DNA of 64,000 bases from an uncultured Hymenobacter sp. (GTDB lineage: Bacteria > Bacteroidota > Bacteroidia > Cytophagales > Hymenobacteraceae): assembly GCA_964243255.1 (NCBI GenBank), contig CAXTFI010000002.1:3243-67242 (forward strand). The letters are read 5' to 3'. Positions within the stretch are counted from its first letter, which is position 1, and each line of letters begins with the position of its first letter. Under the pieces are notes generated by a model. It saw only the letters and a list, made by a program, of their open reading frames with translations. It was not told the origin of the DNA and ran no database searches. The position numbers were made by a program, and so were the translations under genes. Below, in pieces: positions 39,277-47,967 of the stretch.

Positions 39277-40352
39277 GCGCGCGCCTAGTGGTCCGCTGGT
39301 GGAGGGTGTGGACCGGAGCGGTGATGGCCTGGCTGGTGTTTTACCTCACGGTACATTTCAACGTCAACGACGAGCAGTATTCCTTCTGGCTGCCAATGAA
39401 ATTCATCGTAGCCGCGCCACAGGTGGGGTTTTCCATCGTCGCAGTATATGGCTTTGGGTGGCTGTTTGCCCGGCCGCTGGCTGTACCCGTGGGTTGGGTG
39501 CTGCTGTACCTGCTGGCAAGCTTCGTGCTGCTGCACGTTGTGTACTATTATGCCCTGGGGGCAGCCCAGCCTTTTGCGCCAGTTATCTCCGTGACGCACC
39601 GCCGCTGGACAGGCTTCATGGCGCACCAGGGGCCATTCTACTTTTTACGCAACGTTCATTACCTGCTCACCGTCAGCCCCTACCTATTTTTCTCCCAGCT
39701 GTGCGTGCCGCTAGGGGTGAAGCTGCTGGTCGATGCCCGGCGCGAAAACCAGCGCCTGGCCACCTCCCGCCAGCAGCAGGCAGCCTGGGAGCTGGTCGGG
39801 GTGCGCACCCGTCTCAACCCAGTCTTTTTGCAGCAGACGCTGGCGCACCTTCCGAAACTTCTGGCGGAGGGACAGCAGGCCACCGCTGCTGAGGCCACGC
39901 TTCAGCTGGCCCGGGTGCTGCGCTACACACTTTATGAAGCCCATACCACTTACGTCCTGCTTCAGTCTGAGCTGAATGCCTTGCTCGACTACGTGCAGTT
40001 GCAGGAGTTGCGCCTACAGGAGCAGGTGGAAGTATCGCTGCACTTAACGGTAGAGCATACCGCGCCGCAACAGGTGCTAAGTGGGCTGTTGCTACCCCTC
40101 ATCGAGCAGTGGCTAACGCTGGCCAACACCTCACTGGAACTCGACCTGCGGGTGTACGAGGCTGCGCTAACTATGGAGCTGCGGGCGGTTGGGTCGCCTG
40201 GGGCGGACCACGCTATTCCGGCCACCGTGCAGACTCGCCTGGCCCACTACGCGCCAGCGCACCAGCTAACTACTCACTACGCGGCCGGCTTACATACCCT
40301 CACGTTACGGCTGCCCCTACCCCCGGCGGTCGCGCCAATACTTAGCCATTAG
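39273..40352 (+). CDS. LytS-like pseudokinase
   Basis: TRLNPVFLQQTL (H to V), LIEQWL in place of the N box, and no G box; ORF intact. Confidence 0.8.
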   Translation: MSARLVVRWWRVWTGAVMAWLVFYLTVHFNVNDEQYSFWLPMKFIVAAPQVGFSIVAVYGFGWLFARPLAVPVGWVLLYLLASFVLLHVVYYYALGAAQPFAPVISVTHRRWTGFMAHQGPFYFLRNVHYLLTVSPYLFFSQLCVPLGVKLLVDARRENQRLATSRQQQAAWELVGVRTRLNPVFLQQTLAHLPKLLAEGQQATAAEATLQLARVLRYTLYEAHTTYVLLQSELNALLDYVQLQELRLQEQVEVSLHLTVEHTAPQQVLSGLLLPLIEQWLTLANTSLELDLRVYEAALTMELRAVGSPGADHAIPATVQTRLAHYAPAHQLTTHYAAGLHTLTLRLPLPPAVAPILSH

Positions 40353-40358
40353 CCCCTT

Positions 40359-41132
40359 ATGCTGCTCATCCGCTGCCTGCTGCTCGACGACGAGCCCCTT
40401 GCCCGGCAAGTACTACGCACCTACGCCGAGCGCCTGCCTTTCCTGCAGGTGGTGGGCGAGTGCAGCAACGCGCTGGAAGCCTATGAGTTGCTGCGCCAGC
40501 AGGAGGTAGAACTAATCTTTTGCGACATCGAAATGCCCCGGATTTCGGGCCTGGATTTCCTTAGGGCCCTGCCCCGCCGCCCGCTGGTAGTGTTAAGTAC
40601 GGCCTACGAGCAGTATGCCCTAGCCGGCTTCGAACTGGATGTGGTAGACTACCTGCTCAAGCCCGTGGCCTTCGACCGCTTCTGGCGAGCCCTGGAAAAA
40701 GTGAAAGACCGGCTGGCAATGCAGCACTGGAAAGGGTTGCCTCCCATGCCCCTAGTCGCGCCTGACTTGCCCCAAGACGTTCCCGCCGCCCCAGCCGATG
40801 CCCCTCACGACTTTATTATGGTGAAAGAAAACGGGAGTCTGGTAAAAGTGCTGCTAAGCAGCATTCACTACGTGGAGGGGATGAAGGACTACGTGAAGAT
40901 TTTCACGGGCGAGCGGCGGCTCGTCACCTACCTCACCCTGAAGAAGCTGGAAGAAGCGCTGCCTATCGACCAGTTTACGCGGGTGCATAAGTCTTACCTG
41001 GTCCGCAACGCGGGTATTCAGGCGTTACAGGGTAACATGCTGGAGCTAGCCGTAGGAGTGCAGGTACCGGTAGGAATGCAATACCGTGAAGCGTTGCTAC
41101 AGGTGCTGCACGTGCACATGGTGCGGCGGTGA
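40359..41132 (+). CDS. LytTR-family response regulator
   Basis: LLDDEP, CDIEMP, DYLLKP and FTRVHKSYLV. Confidence 0.95.
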   Translation: MLLIRCLLLDDEPLARQVLRTYAERLPFLQVVGECSNALEAYELLRQQEVELIFCDIEMPRISGLDFLRALPRRPLVVLSTAYEQYALAGFELDVVDYLLKPVAFDRFWRALEKVKDRLAMQHWKGLPPMPLVAPDLPQDVPAAPADAPHDFIMVKENGSLVKVLLSSIHYVEGMKDYVKIFTGERRLVTYLTLKKLEEALPIDQFTRVHKSYLVRNAGIQALQGNMLELAVGVQVPVGMQYREALLQVLHVHMVRR

Positions 41133-41172
41133 GGCAAACACTGGGCTTAGTCGGTACCAAGCCTGGCTGCCG

Positions 41173-42639
41173 CTACCGACGCAGCAGGACTAGCAACTGC
41201 GGTAGGATGGCATCGGTGTGGGTGGCCACCTGTCGGGGGGTAGGCACTACCTCAATGTCGGGCCGCACGCCGCGCCCCAGCAGTGGGTGGGGGCAGGCGC
41301 TCAGCATTCGAAAGTGCGGCAGGTGCAGCACCAGATGCGTAGCGGGTAGCTCCAACTCGGAGATGGTGCCGCCGCTGCAGCCCGCCTCGCTACCGCCTGT
41401 TTCCTGGCCGACAACCGTGATAGGCCGCTGCGCCCGCAGACTGGCTACGGCGTTGGAAGTAGCCGAAAAGCTGCCCCCGTCTACCAGCACCACTACTTGG
41501 CCTCCATAGTAATGGCCTCGATAGGGGTGCTGCCGCCCGATGTCGGAGTTGGCAAAGGCGAAGGAGCCATCGGGCAGCGTCCGCACGCTGGCGGGGTTGA
41601 AATACGCTGGCTTGGTCGAGTCAGGTTGCGTAAACGAAGGTACCCGCACGGCCGCTCGGGCGCTCGGAGTCAGTTCAAAGTCCGACCGTAGCAAGTACTT
41701 CAGCAGGTCGGTAACGATTTCTAAATTGCCGCCTCCGTTGCCCCGCAGGTCGAGTACCAAGCGCTTGATACGCCGGCGTTTCAAATCGGCAAATAGCTGG
41801 GCATGAAACTGTTTGTAGTTCTCCAGCTCGTCGTAGCTGAACTCGCGAATGCGCAGTACGGCCGTAGCAGGCAAGTGCGCCGGGTAGCTCACAGTGCGCC
41901 GCCGCTCTAATTGGCGGGCACGTTGCTGCTCAGACGTGAGGGGCACGGCGGCCGACGCGGGCCGGGGGCTAGCCGGCCGGGGCTGCGGAGTCAACACTTG
42001 TTGCTGGCCGGTGCTGTCGCGCACCAGTAGCGGGTACACCGGCCGGGCCGCGTAGAAATTCCAGTAGTACTCATCGAAAAAACCGGCCTCCAGCTCCTTA
42101 TCCTGAAACTGTGTGCCGTAGCCATCGGCCGTAATGAGCGAGCGCAGGCGCGGCAGCACCTCCGCAGTGGAGTGCCCGTCGATGGCCAGCAACTCGGTAC
42201 CCGGCCGCAGGGCGGCCTCCGTACTTTGATTCTCGGTGATAAACAGGCGATTGTCGCGCACTGCCACCAGGAAGGGGAGGTAGGCGTGTGGCTGTTGCCG
42301 GAACCAGGCCCGGTAGGCCGCCGAGTGCTGCACGCGCGTGTGGCCGCAGTGCACCCGCGCCACCAGTGCTTGCAGCAGTTGCCAGTATTCGGGCTCCGTC
42401 AGCGGGTGCGTGAGCGATGCAGCGGTGCGCGTAAAAACTTGGTCGAGTGAGTCTTTAGAGGTGTACAAGTACAGGGCGGGGTGCGCTTCCTCTAGCACCT
42501 GGCGCACATACGCTAGGTCGGCTTGCAACTCGGCCGGGGGGTAGCGGTGGGTAGGGTCGTAGACCGCCACCGGAGCAGGCTGCGCGTGGGCAAGGCAGGC
42601 GGATAGGAGACCAGCCAGCAGCAGAACGAGGAGTTTCAT
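41173..42639 (-). CDS. S41 family peptidase
   Basis: Signal peptide; LEEAHP, CGHT, LDLRGNGGG, SFSATS, VGQETGG and GVRPD. Confidence 0.9.
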   Translation of the reverse strand: MKLLVLLLAGLLSACLAHAQPAPVAVYDPTHRYPPAELQADLAYVRQVLEEAHPALYLYTSKDSLDQVFTRTAASLTHPLTEPEYWQLLQALVARVHCGHTRVQHSAAYRAWFRQQPHAYLPFLVAVRDNRLFITENQSTEAALRPGTELLAIDGHSTAEVLPRLRSLITADGYGTQFQDKELEAGFFDEYYWNFYAARPVYPLLVRDSTGQQQVLTPQPRPASPRPASAAVPLTSEQQRARQLERRRTVSYPAHLPATAVLRIREFSYDELENYKQFHAQLFADLKRRRIKRLVLDLRGNGGGNLEIVTDLLKYLLRSDFELTPSARAAVRVPSFTQPDSTKPAYFNPASVRTLPDGSFAFANSDIGRQHPYRGHYYGGQVVVLVDGGSFSATSNAVASLRAQRPITVVGQETGGSEAGCSGGTISELELPATHLVLHLPHFRMLSACPHPLLGRGVRPDIEVVPTPRQVATHTDAILPQLLVLLRR

Positions 42640-42813
42640 GCGGAAAGTGAGGTGCTAGACGGCACAATAGTACGAAAGTATTCGTACTTCTGACAAATCA
42701 GTCGCCGCTGGCTTGGAAGTCGGTTTTGCCACGCGGCTACCCCTGGTCCTACCCCTTCGCCAAGTGGTCAGGGGTAGCCAATACAACAGCGGGATCGGGC
42801 CGGCCCCAGGACC

Positions 42814-45222
42814 CTAATGCCCGGCGCGGCCTTCCTCATCGGCACTGCTGCTGGTGCGGGCGTTGTGCGTTTTGCCGCTGCCCAGTTTATAAGTGAAGCT
42901 CACCGTGAGCCGGCGGCTGTCGTAGCGGTTCACCCAGTCGGTGTTGATGTTCTGGTAGTGCAGCGAGCTAAACCACCCATTGGTGTAAAAGAGGTCGCTG
43001 AGCTTAAGGCTGAGGACTGCTTTCTCCCGCCACAGCTGCCTGCGCAGGCCCAGGTTCACGCTGCCGCTGGCCCGCAGAGCATACAAGCCGTTGACGCTGG
43101 GACCGCTGTAGTCGCCACCCACCAGCAGCTGGTACTGCCGGGGCAGGCTGAATGTGTGATTGGACGAGACGGCTGCTCCCCATCGGCGTAGCAGTACCAG
43201 CTGGTCGGCCACCTGAGCGCGCACCTCGCCGTAGGCTACCTGCAGCTGATTATCCATGCCCCACCACTTGGCCAGGTCGGTGTGTCCACCCGAGCTGAGC
43301 GAGAGCGTGAGCGCCTGGTCGAGGTTCATGGGCCGGGTAGTCGTTATTTTGGTTTGGTCGTCCTGGTAGGCCACTTCACTCACCACATTCGTTTCCAGCA
43401 GGTAGCTGAGGCTCAGCACCTGAAAGCCGCGGTGTAGGTAATTTAGCTCGAAGGAGCGGGCCAGCGAAGGCGCCAGAAACGGATTGCCCTGCATGACGGT
43501 GTAGGCGTCGGTATAATTCAGGAACGGATTAAGACTCTGGTATGAGGGCCGGCTGATGCGCCGTCCGGCCGATAAGCTCAGTTGGTCGTGCGGGCCGAAC
43601 TGGTAGCTGGCAAACGCCGTCGGAAACAGCTGGAAGTAGTCGCGCGCGACGCGTTGGCCGGTCGTGGGCGACTCGCCCACCGAGTGCGTGTGCTCGCCGC
43701 GCAGGCCCGCTTTCAGCTGCAGCTTGCGGAGCGTAGTGCTCAGGGTAACGTAGCCGGCTGTGATGCGCTCGTCGTACTGAAAGGTATTGGTGCGGCTAGG
43801 GTCGAGCCGCCACTCGTCGGCACTCCCAAGCCGCTCGAAGGCGATGCTGCTGCGGGTAGTCACCCAGCTGGCTTTGGCCCCTGCTTCGGCCCGCCAGTGG
43901 CCGGGCAGCGGGTGCACGTAGTCGGCCTTGAGCGCGCGTATGGAGACATCTGAGGCTTCGTCGCTGCGCTGCCGGCCCTGGAGGGCACCGGGCGCGCCGG
44001 CCGGCGGGGCAGTCAGGGGCAGAAAGTCCTGGTGGCCGGCACTGGCGCCCTGCACCCAGTCGGCATCGGCCGTCAGCTCGCGGCCCAGCGTGTCGAGGGC
44101 CAGACGGTAGTTCAGGTTCAGGGCCACATCGCGCGAGAAGTTGCGCCGGGGGTTGCTCATGGCCAGGCGGCCGGTCGGCTGGCCATTGGGGGCGGTGGTA
44201 ATGGACTCGCTGCTCACCTGATCGTCGCTGGTGCCGTAGCTGCCGCGCACCTGCCCGCCCAGCGTCTGGCGCTTGGTCAGGGCCACGTCGGCCCCGGCGG
44301 CGTAGCTCACGCTGCGGGTGAGCGGGTGCCAATAATTTTGCTGGGCAAAGGTGGTGTCGCGAATTAGCCGGCTGATGGTGAGCTGGTTGTACGAGTCAGA
44401 ATATCCCAGGCCGACCCGGCCAAAACTGCGGACCCGGCCCACGTTGTAAGCCAGATTTGTACTGGCACTGGCCCGGTCGTAGCGGGTTTTGCCAGCCGTG
44501 CCGGTGAGGGTGCCCGTCAGCCCGGGTAAGGTGCTGCGCCTGGTGCGGATGTTGATAACGCCCGCCGTGCCCGCTGCGTCGAGCGAGGCAGGCGGGTTGG
44601 GCAGCAGCTCTACCTGGCTGAGCTGGGCCGCGGGAATACTCTTGAGGTACTGGCTCAGGGCCTCGCCCGTGAGGTACGATTGCTTGCCATCGATGAGCAC
44701 CAGCACGCTGCCGCTGCCTCGGTATTGCAGATGCTCTTCCCGGTCGAGGGTAATGCCGGGTATCTTTTTGAGCGCTTCCAGGGCGTTGTCGCCGGCCGTG
44801 TTCAGGCGGTCCATATTCACCACGGTGCGGTCGGCATGCTGCTCCAGCAGCGGCGGGCGGCCCTGCACCACCACTTCCTTCAGGGCCGTGGCAGTAGCTT
44901 TTAGGCGTAGCGTAGGCACCTGCACCGGCGCGCTACCCACCACCACCGGCACCCGGCCGGCCGCGTAGCCCAGGGCCAATCCCTGCAGGCAGTAGCAGCC
45001 AGCCGCCACCCGCTCGAAGCGAAACGCGCCCTGCTCGGTAGTGGTCTGCGAAGCCGCTACGGTCGAGTCGGGCAGGTGGAGCAGCACGGCCGTGGCGAAG
45101 GGCAGGCCGTGGCCCGCCCCGTCCTGCACGGTGCCAGCCACCGGGGCCTGGGCGTGGGCGACAGTGGCAAAAGCAAGCAGCGAGGGCAGCAGGGCGACGC
45201 GGAAAAAAGAAGTGGCTCGCAT
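42814..45222 (-). CDS. TonB-dependent-like outer-membrane receptor
   Basis: Start MRATSFF; LPFATAVL, LKEVVVQG, ELLPNPPASLDAAGTAGVINI and GLRGEHT. Confidence 0.9.
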   Translation of the reverse strand: MRATSFFRVALLPSLLAFATVAHAQAPVAGTVQDGAGHGLPFATAVLLHLPDSTVAASQTTTEQGAFRFERVAAGCYCLQGLALGYAAGRVPVVVGSAPVQVPTLRLKATATALKEVVVQGRPPLLEQHADRTVVNMDRLNTAGDNALEALKKIPGITLDREEHLQYRGSGSVLVLIDGKQSYLTGEALSQYLKSIPAAQLSQVELLPNPPASLDAAGTAGVINIRTRRSTLPGLTGTLTGTAGKTRYDRASASTNLAYNVGRVRSFGRVGLGYSDSYNQLTISRLIRDTTFAQQNYWHPLTRSVSYAAGADVALTKRQTLGGQVRGSYGTSDDQVSSESITTAPNGQPTGRLAMSNPRRNFSRDVALNLNYRLALDTLGRELTADADWVQGASAGHQDFLPLTAPPAGAPGALQGRQRSDEASDVSIRALKADYVHPLPGHWRAEAGAKASWVTTRSSIAFERLGSADEWRLDPSRTNTFQYDERITAGYVTLSTTLRKLQLKAGLRGEHTHSVGESPTTGQRVARDYFQLFPTAFASYQFGPHDQLSLSAGRRISRPSYQSLNPFLNYTDAYTVMQGNPFLAPSLARSFELNYLHRGFQVLSLSYLLETNVVSEVAYQDDQTKITTTRPMNLDQALTLSLSSGGHTDLAKWWGMDNQLQVAYGEVRAQVADQLVLLRRWGAAVSSNHTFSLPRQYQLLVGGDYSGPSVNGLYALRASGSVNLGLRRQLWREKAVLSLKLSDLFYTNGWFSSLHYQNINTDWVNRYDSRRLTVSFTYKLGSGKTHNARTSSSADEEGRAGH

Positions 45223-45473
45223 GGCAGCGGGGCGTTGGTGAAGTGGTGCCCAAAGGTGCCCGGCCGTCCTGCCCGCCCGGAAAAACATTATTTCACTGCC
45301 TCCGAACGCCGGGTGAGTGGGGAATTGGGGGCGAAAAGCCGGTTGGCCCGGCCACCGACCAGGTTACCGGCGCTGCTGGCCCACTAACCCGCTCAGCTAG
45401 GGCGTTGACATAATAAAGTTGGCCGGTCGCGGGGCCGCCGGGTAGCTTTGCTCCGTCTTTATTCCTGGCCGCT

Positions 45474-46592
45474 ATGCTCTACCTGAAGAAGTTTTTCCGC
45501 TGGCACGTACTGGCCTGGACTGCCTACTTTGGCTACGTAGTGCTGGGTGGCCTGCTTACTCCCGAAACCGCCGGGCATAATCCCCGCGTTAGCCTTGCCG
45601 AGAATGTGTGGCTCGATGCCTCTTTTCTCGTGGCCCGCATTGCGACGTTCTATTTCTGCTACCTGCTAGTGTTTCCGCGCCTGCTGCGCGTGGGCCGGCT
45701 GCCGCTGCTGATGCTCGGGCTAGGGGTAGCCGGCCCCGTATTCGCCGGCGTGCGGGCTGCCCTCGAAGAAGGGCTGTACCCGTGGCTCCTGGGCTTCCAG
45801 AACTACTGGCCCGGTACCTCGCTCAGTACGTACTTCTTCGACGGCTTCTACTACGCCATCCCCAACGTGGTGTTAGCAGCCGCGCTGTGGGCGGCCGAGC
45901 AAGTACTGCACCGGGAGCGCGAAAATCAACAGCTCGTCGCCGCCCGCCGCACCGCCGAGCTTGCCTTCCTCAAAACGCAGCTTAATCCGCACTTCCTCTA
46001 CAACACCCTGAACATGCTCTACGGCTTGGCCTACGGCGTGGATAAGGCCCTGGCCGGGGGCCTGCTCAAACTCTCGGAGCTGATGCGCTACATGCTGCGT
46101 GACACCCCTGATGGCTTGGTAGACCTGAGCGAGGAAGTGACGTACCTCAATAATTTTCTCGACCTCTACCGCCTGCGCTACCCCGGCTGCCTGCACGCCG
46201 CGCTGACCGTGACGGGCGAACCCGCCGGCCACCGCGTGGCCCCGCTGCTGCTTATTCCCTTCGTTGAAAATGCCTTTAAGCACGGTGTGCTCGACGACCC
46301 CGCTAACCCCGTGCGCCTGCACCTAGTGCTGACCTCTGGTGCGGTGGAATTTACGGTCGAAAACCAACGCCACACCTACCAGCCCGACCACGGCAGCGGT
46401 ATCGGGCTAGCTAACCTGCACCGGCGGCTGGAGCTGCTGTACCCCGGGCAGTATGCCTGGCAGGTGGGACCGGTGGGCCAGCAGTTTCGGGCTCACCTGC
46501 GCCTGGATGCCCCGGCCGCTACGCCCGCCCCTGTAGTACCCGCGCCGCTGTCGACCGAGCTGGTTTCGCTGCTTGCCGTGGTGTCGGCATAG
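45474..46592 (+). CDS. LytS-type sensor histidine kinase
   Basis: LKTQLNPHFLYNTLN, FVENAFKHG and GSGIGLANL. Confidence 0.93.
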   Translation: MLYLKKFFRWHVLAWTAYFGYVVLGGLLTPETAGHNPRVSLAENVWLDASFLVARIATFYFCYLLVFPRLLRVGRLPLLMLGLGVAGPVFAGVRAALEEGLYPWLLGFQNYWPGTSLSTYFFDGFYYAIPNVVLAAALWAAEQVLHRERENQQLVAARRTAELAFLKTQLNPHFLYNTLNMLYGLAYGVDKALAGGLLKLSELMRYMLRDTPDGLVDLSEEVTYLNNFLDLYRLRYPGCLHAALTVTGEPAGHRVAPLLLIPFVENAFKHGVLDDPANPVRLHLVLTSGAVEFTVENQRHTYQPDHGSGIGLANLHRRLELLYPGQYAWQVGPVGQQFRAHLRLDAPAATPAPVVPAPLSTELVSLLAVVSA

Positions 46593-46624
46593 GCTGGCCC
46601 GCCCTACCCCTAGCTTTGCCTGCC

Positions 46625-47377
46625 ATGATACGCTGCCTGGTAATTGACGACGAGCCGCCCGCGCTGGCTATTCTGGCCGACTACATCAGTCAAACACCCT
46701 TTCTGACACTAGTTGGCACTACCACCGACCCCATTGAGGGCCTGACCTGGGTGCAACAGGGCCGTGCCGACCTCGTGTTTCTCGACATCCAGATGCCCCG
46801 CCTCACGGGGCTGCAATTCCTGAAGCTGGCCGGACATAAAGCCCGAGTGGTGCTTACCACGGCCTACCCCGAGTATGCCCTCGATGGCTACGAGAACGAT
46901 GTAGTAGACTACCTGCTCAAGCCCATCGCCTTCGAGCGCTTCCTGAAAGCCGCTCATAAGGCGCTGGCCCTGCTGGCCCCGGCTGCTGCGGCTGCCCCCG
47001 TGGAGGTTACCTCGCCTCAGCCGGCCGCTGGCACACCTCCTGTGGCGGCCCCCGACTACTTTTTCGTGAAGGGCGAAACAAAGAACAAGTACCTGCGCGT
47101 CGCCCACGCCGACGTGCTCTACGTGGAGGGCCTCAACAACTACGTGCTGCTGCACTTGTCTACCCAGCGCGTGGCCACGTATCACACCCTCAGGGAATTA
47201 GTGGAAACGCTGCCGCAGCCCCCGTTTCTGCGGGTGCACAAATCATTCATTGTCAACCTCGACCACGTGCGCCTGCTCGATGGCAGCACGCTCTATGTGC
47301 AGGACAAGCTGATTCCGGTGAGTGACACCTACCGCGAGGCCCTCTATCGGGTAGTGCGCGGGGGTAGGGGAGAGTAG
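46625..47377 (+). CDS. LytTR-family response regulator
   Basis: VIDDEP, LDIQMP, DYLLKP and FLRVHKSFIV. Confidence 0.95.
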   Translation: MIRCLVIDDEPPALAILADYISQTPFLTLVGTTTDPIEGLTWVQQGRADLVFLDIQMPRLTGLQFLKLAGHKARVVLTTAYPEYALDGYENDVVDYLLKPIAFERFLKAAHKALALLAPAAAAAPVEVTSPQPAAGTPPVAAPDYFFVKGETKNKYLRVAHADVLYVEGLNNYVLLHLSTQRVATYHTLRELVETLPQPPFLRVHKSFIVNLDHVRLLDGSTLYVQDKLIPVSDTYREALYRVVRGGRGE

Positions 47378-47455
47378 GGCAGGGACGCAACCTAACGGGT
47401 AACCCGGTAGTCGTTGGCTGGTGTGGGAATGGTTACGGCTCAAGCGCTTCTGTTT

Positions 47456-47822
47456 ATGCATTATTGGTGCTTCCTCCCCCGGCTTTGCTGGATAGTGCTG
47501 GTAAGCTATTGCCTGGGTTCACCCTCCCAAGTCGGAGCACAGGCTGCCGGCCCACCGCGCACCCCAGCCGACTTTGGCTACCAGCACCTGCTCATGCGTT
47601 TCGGTGCCGATAGCATACATCTACTGGTCCTTTCAGCGCCGGGCGAGGCGCAGGTACGCAAGCCTCTGCCCTTCTAGGCGCACAGGTCACTGCCTACTCC
47701 GCTGCTACTCTACGACCGTCGCGGGGCCTACCCGGTCTTTCCCTTTCATCCGAAAGCCGTGCTGAAGTACTGCCACCTCATTATCGTCAGCAAGCCGGGT
47801 ATTCCGCTACTGGCTTGCTTAA
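47456..47822 (+). pseudogene. N-terminal remnant of a secreted, probably alpha/beta-hydrolase-like protein
   Basis: Signal peptide; RKPLPF*AHRSLPTPLLLYD...YCHLIIVSKPGIP continues in frame past TAG 47675-47677, then breaks off. Confidence 0.55.
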
Positions 47823-47967
47823 CGAGTTGCGTGCCGACGTTTGGAGGTTTATACTTTATACCGATTAACGAGTCGTGACGCTACACTGCGAGAGAAGAGA
47901 CTGACGTCGGCCCCAATAAGCTTCCATCGGTTAGGCGTCGACGCCGTCCTTTCTAGGATGCAGGAGG

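Noticed and set aside
14364-47677. Stop-codon recoding or TAG read-through explaining in-frame stops in the ddmD-like, Nudix and hydrolase genes
   Set aside because: The ddmE-like stop is TAA, the implied residues differ (Q, E, probably W), and many intact genes here end in TAG. Ordinary nonsense mutation fits better.
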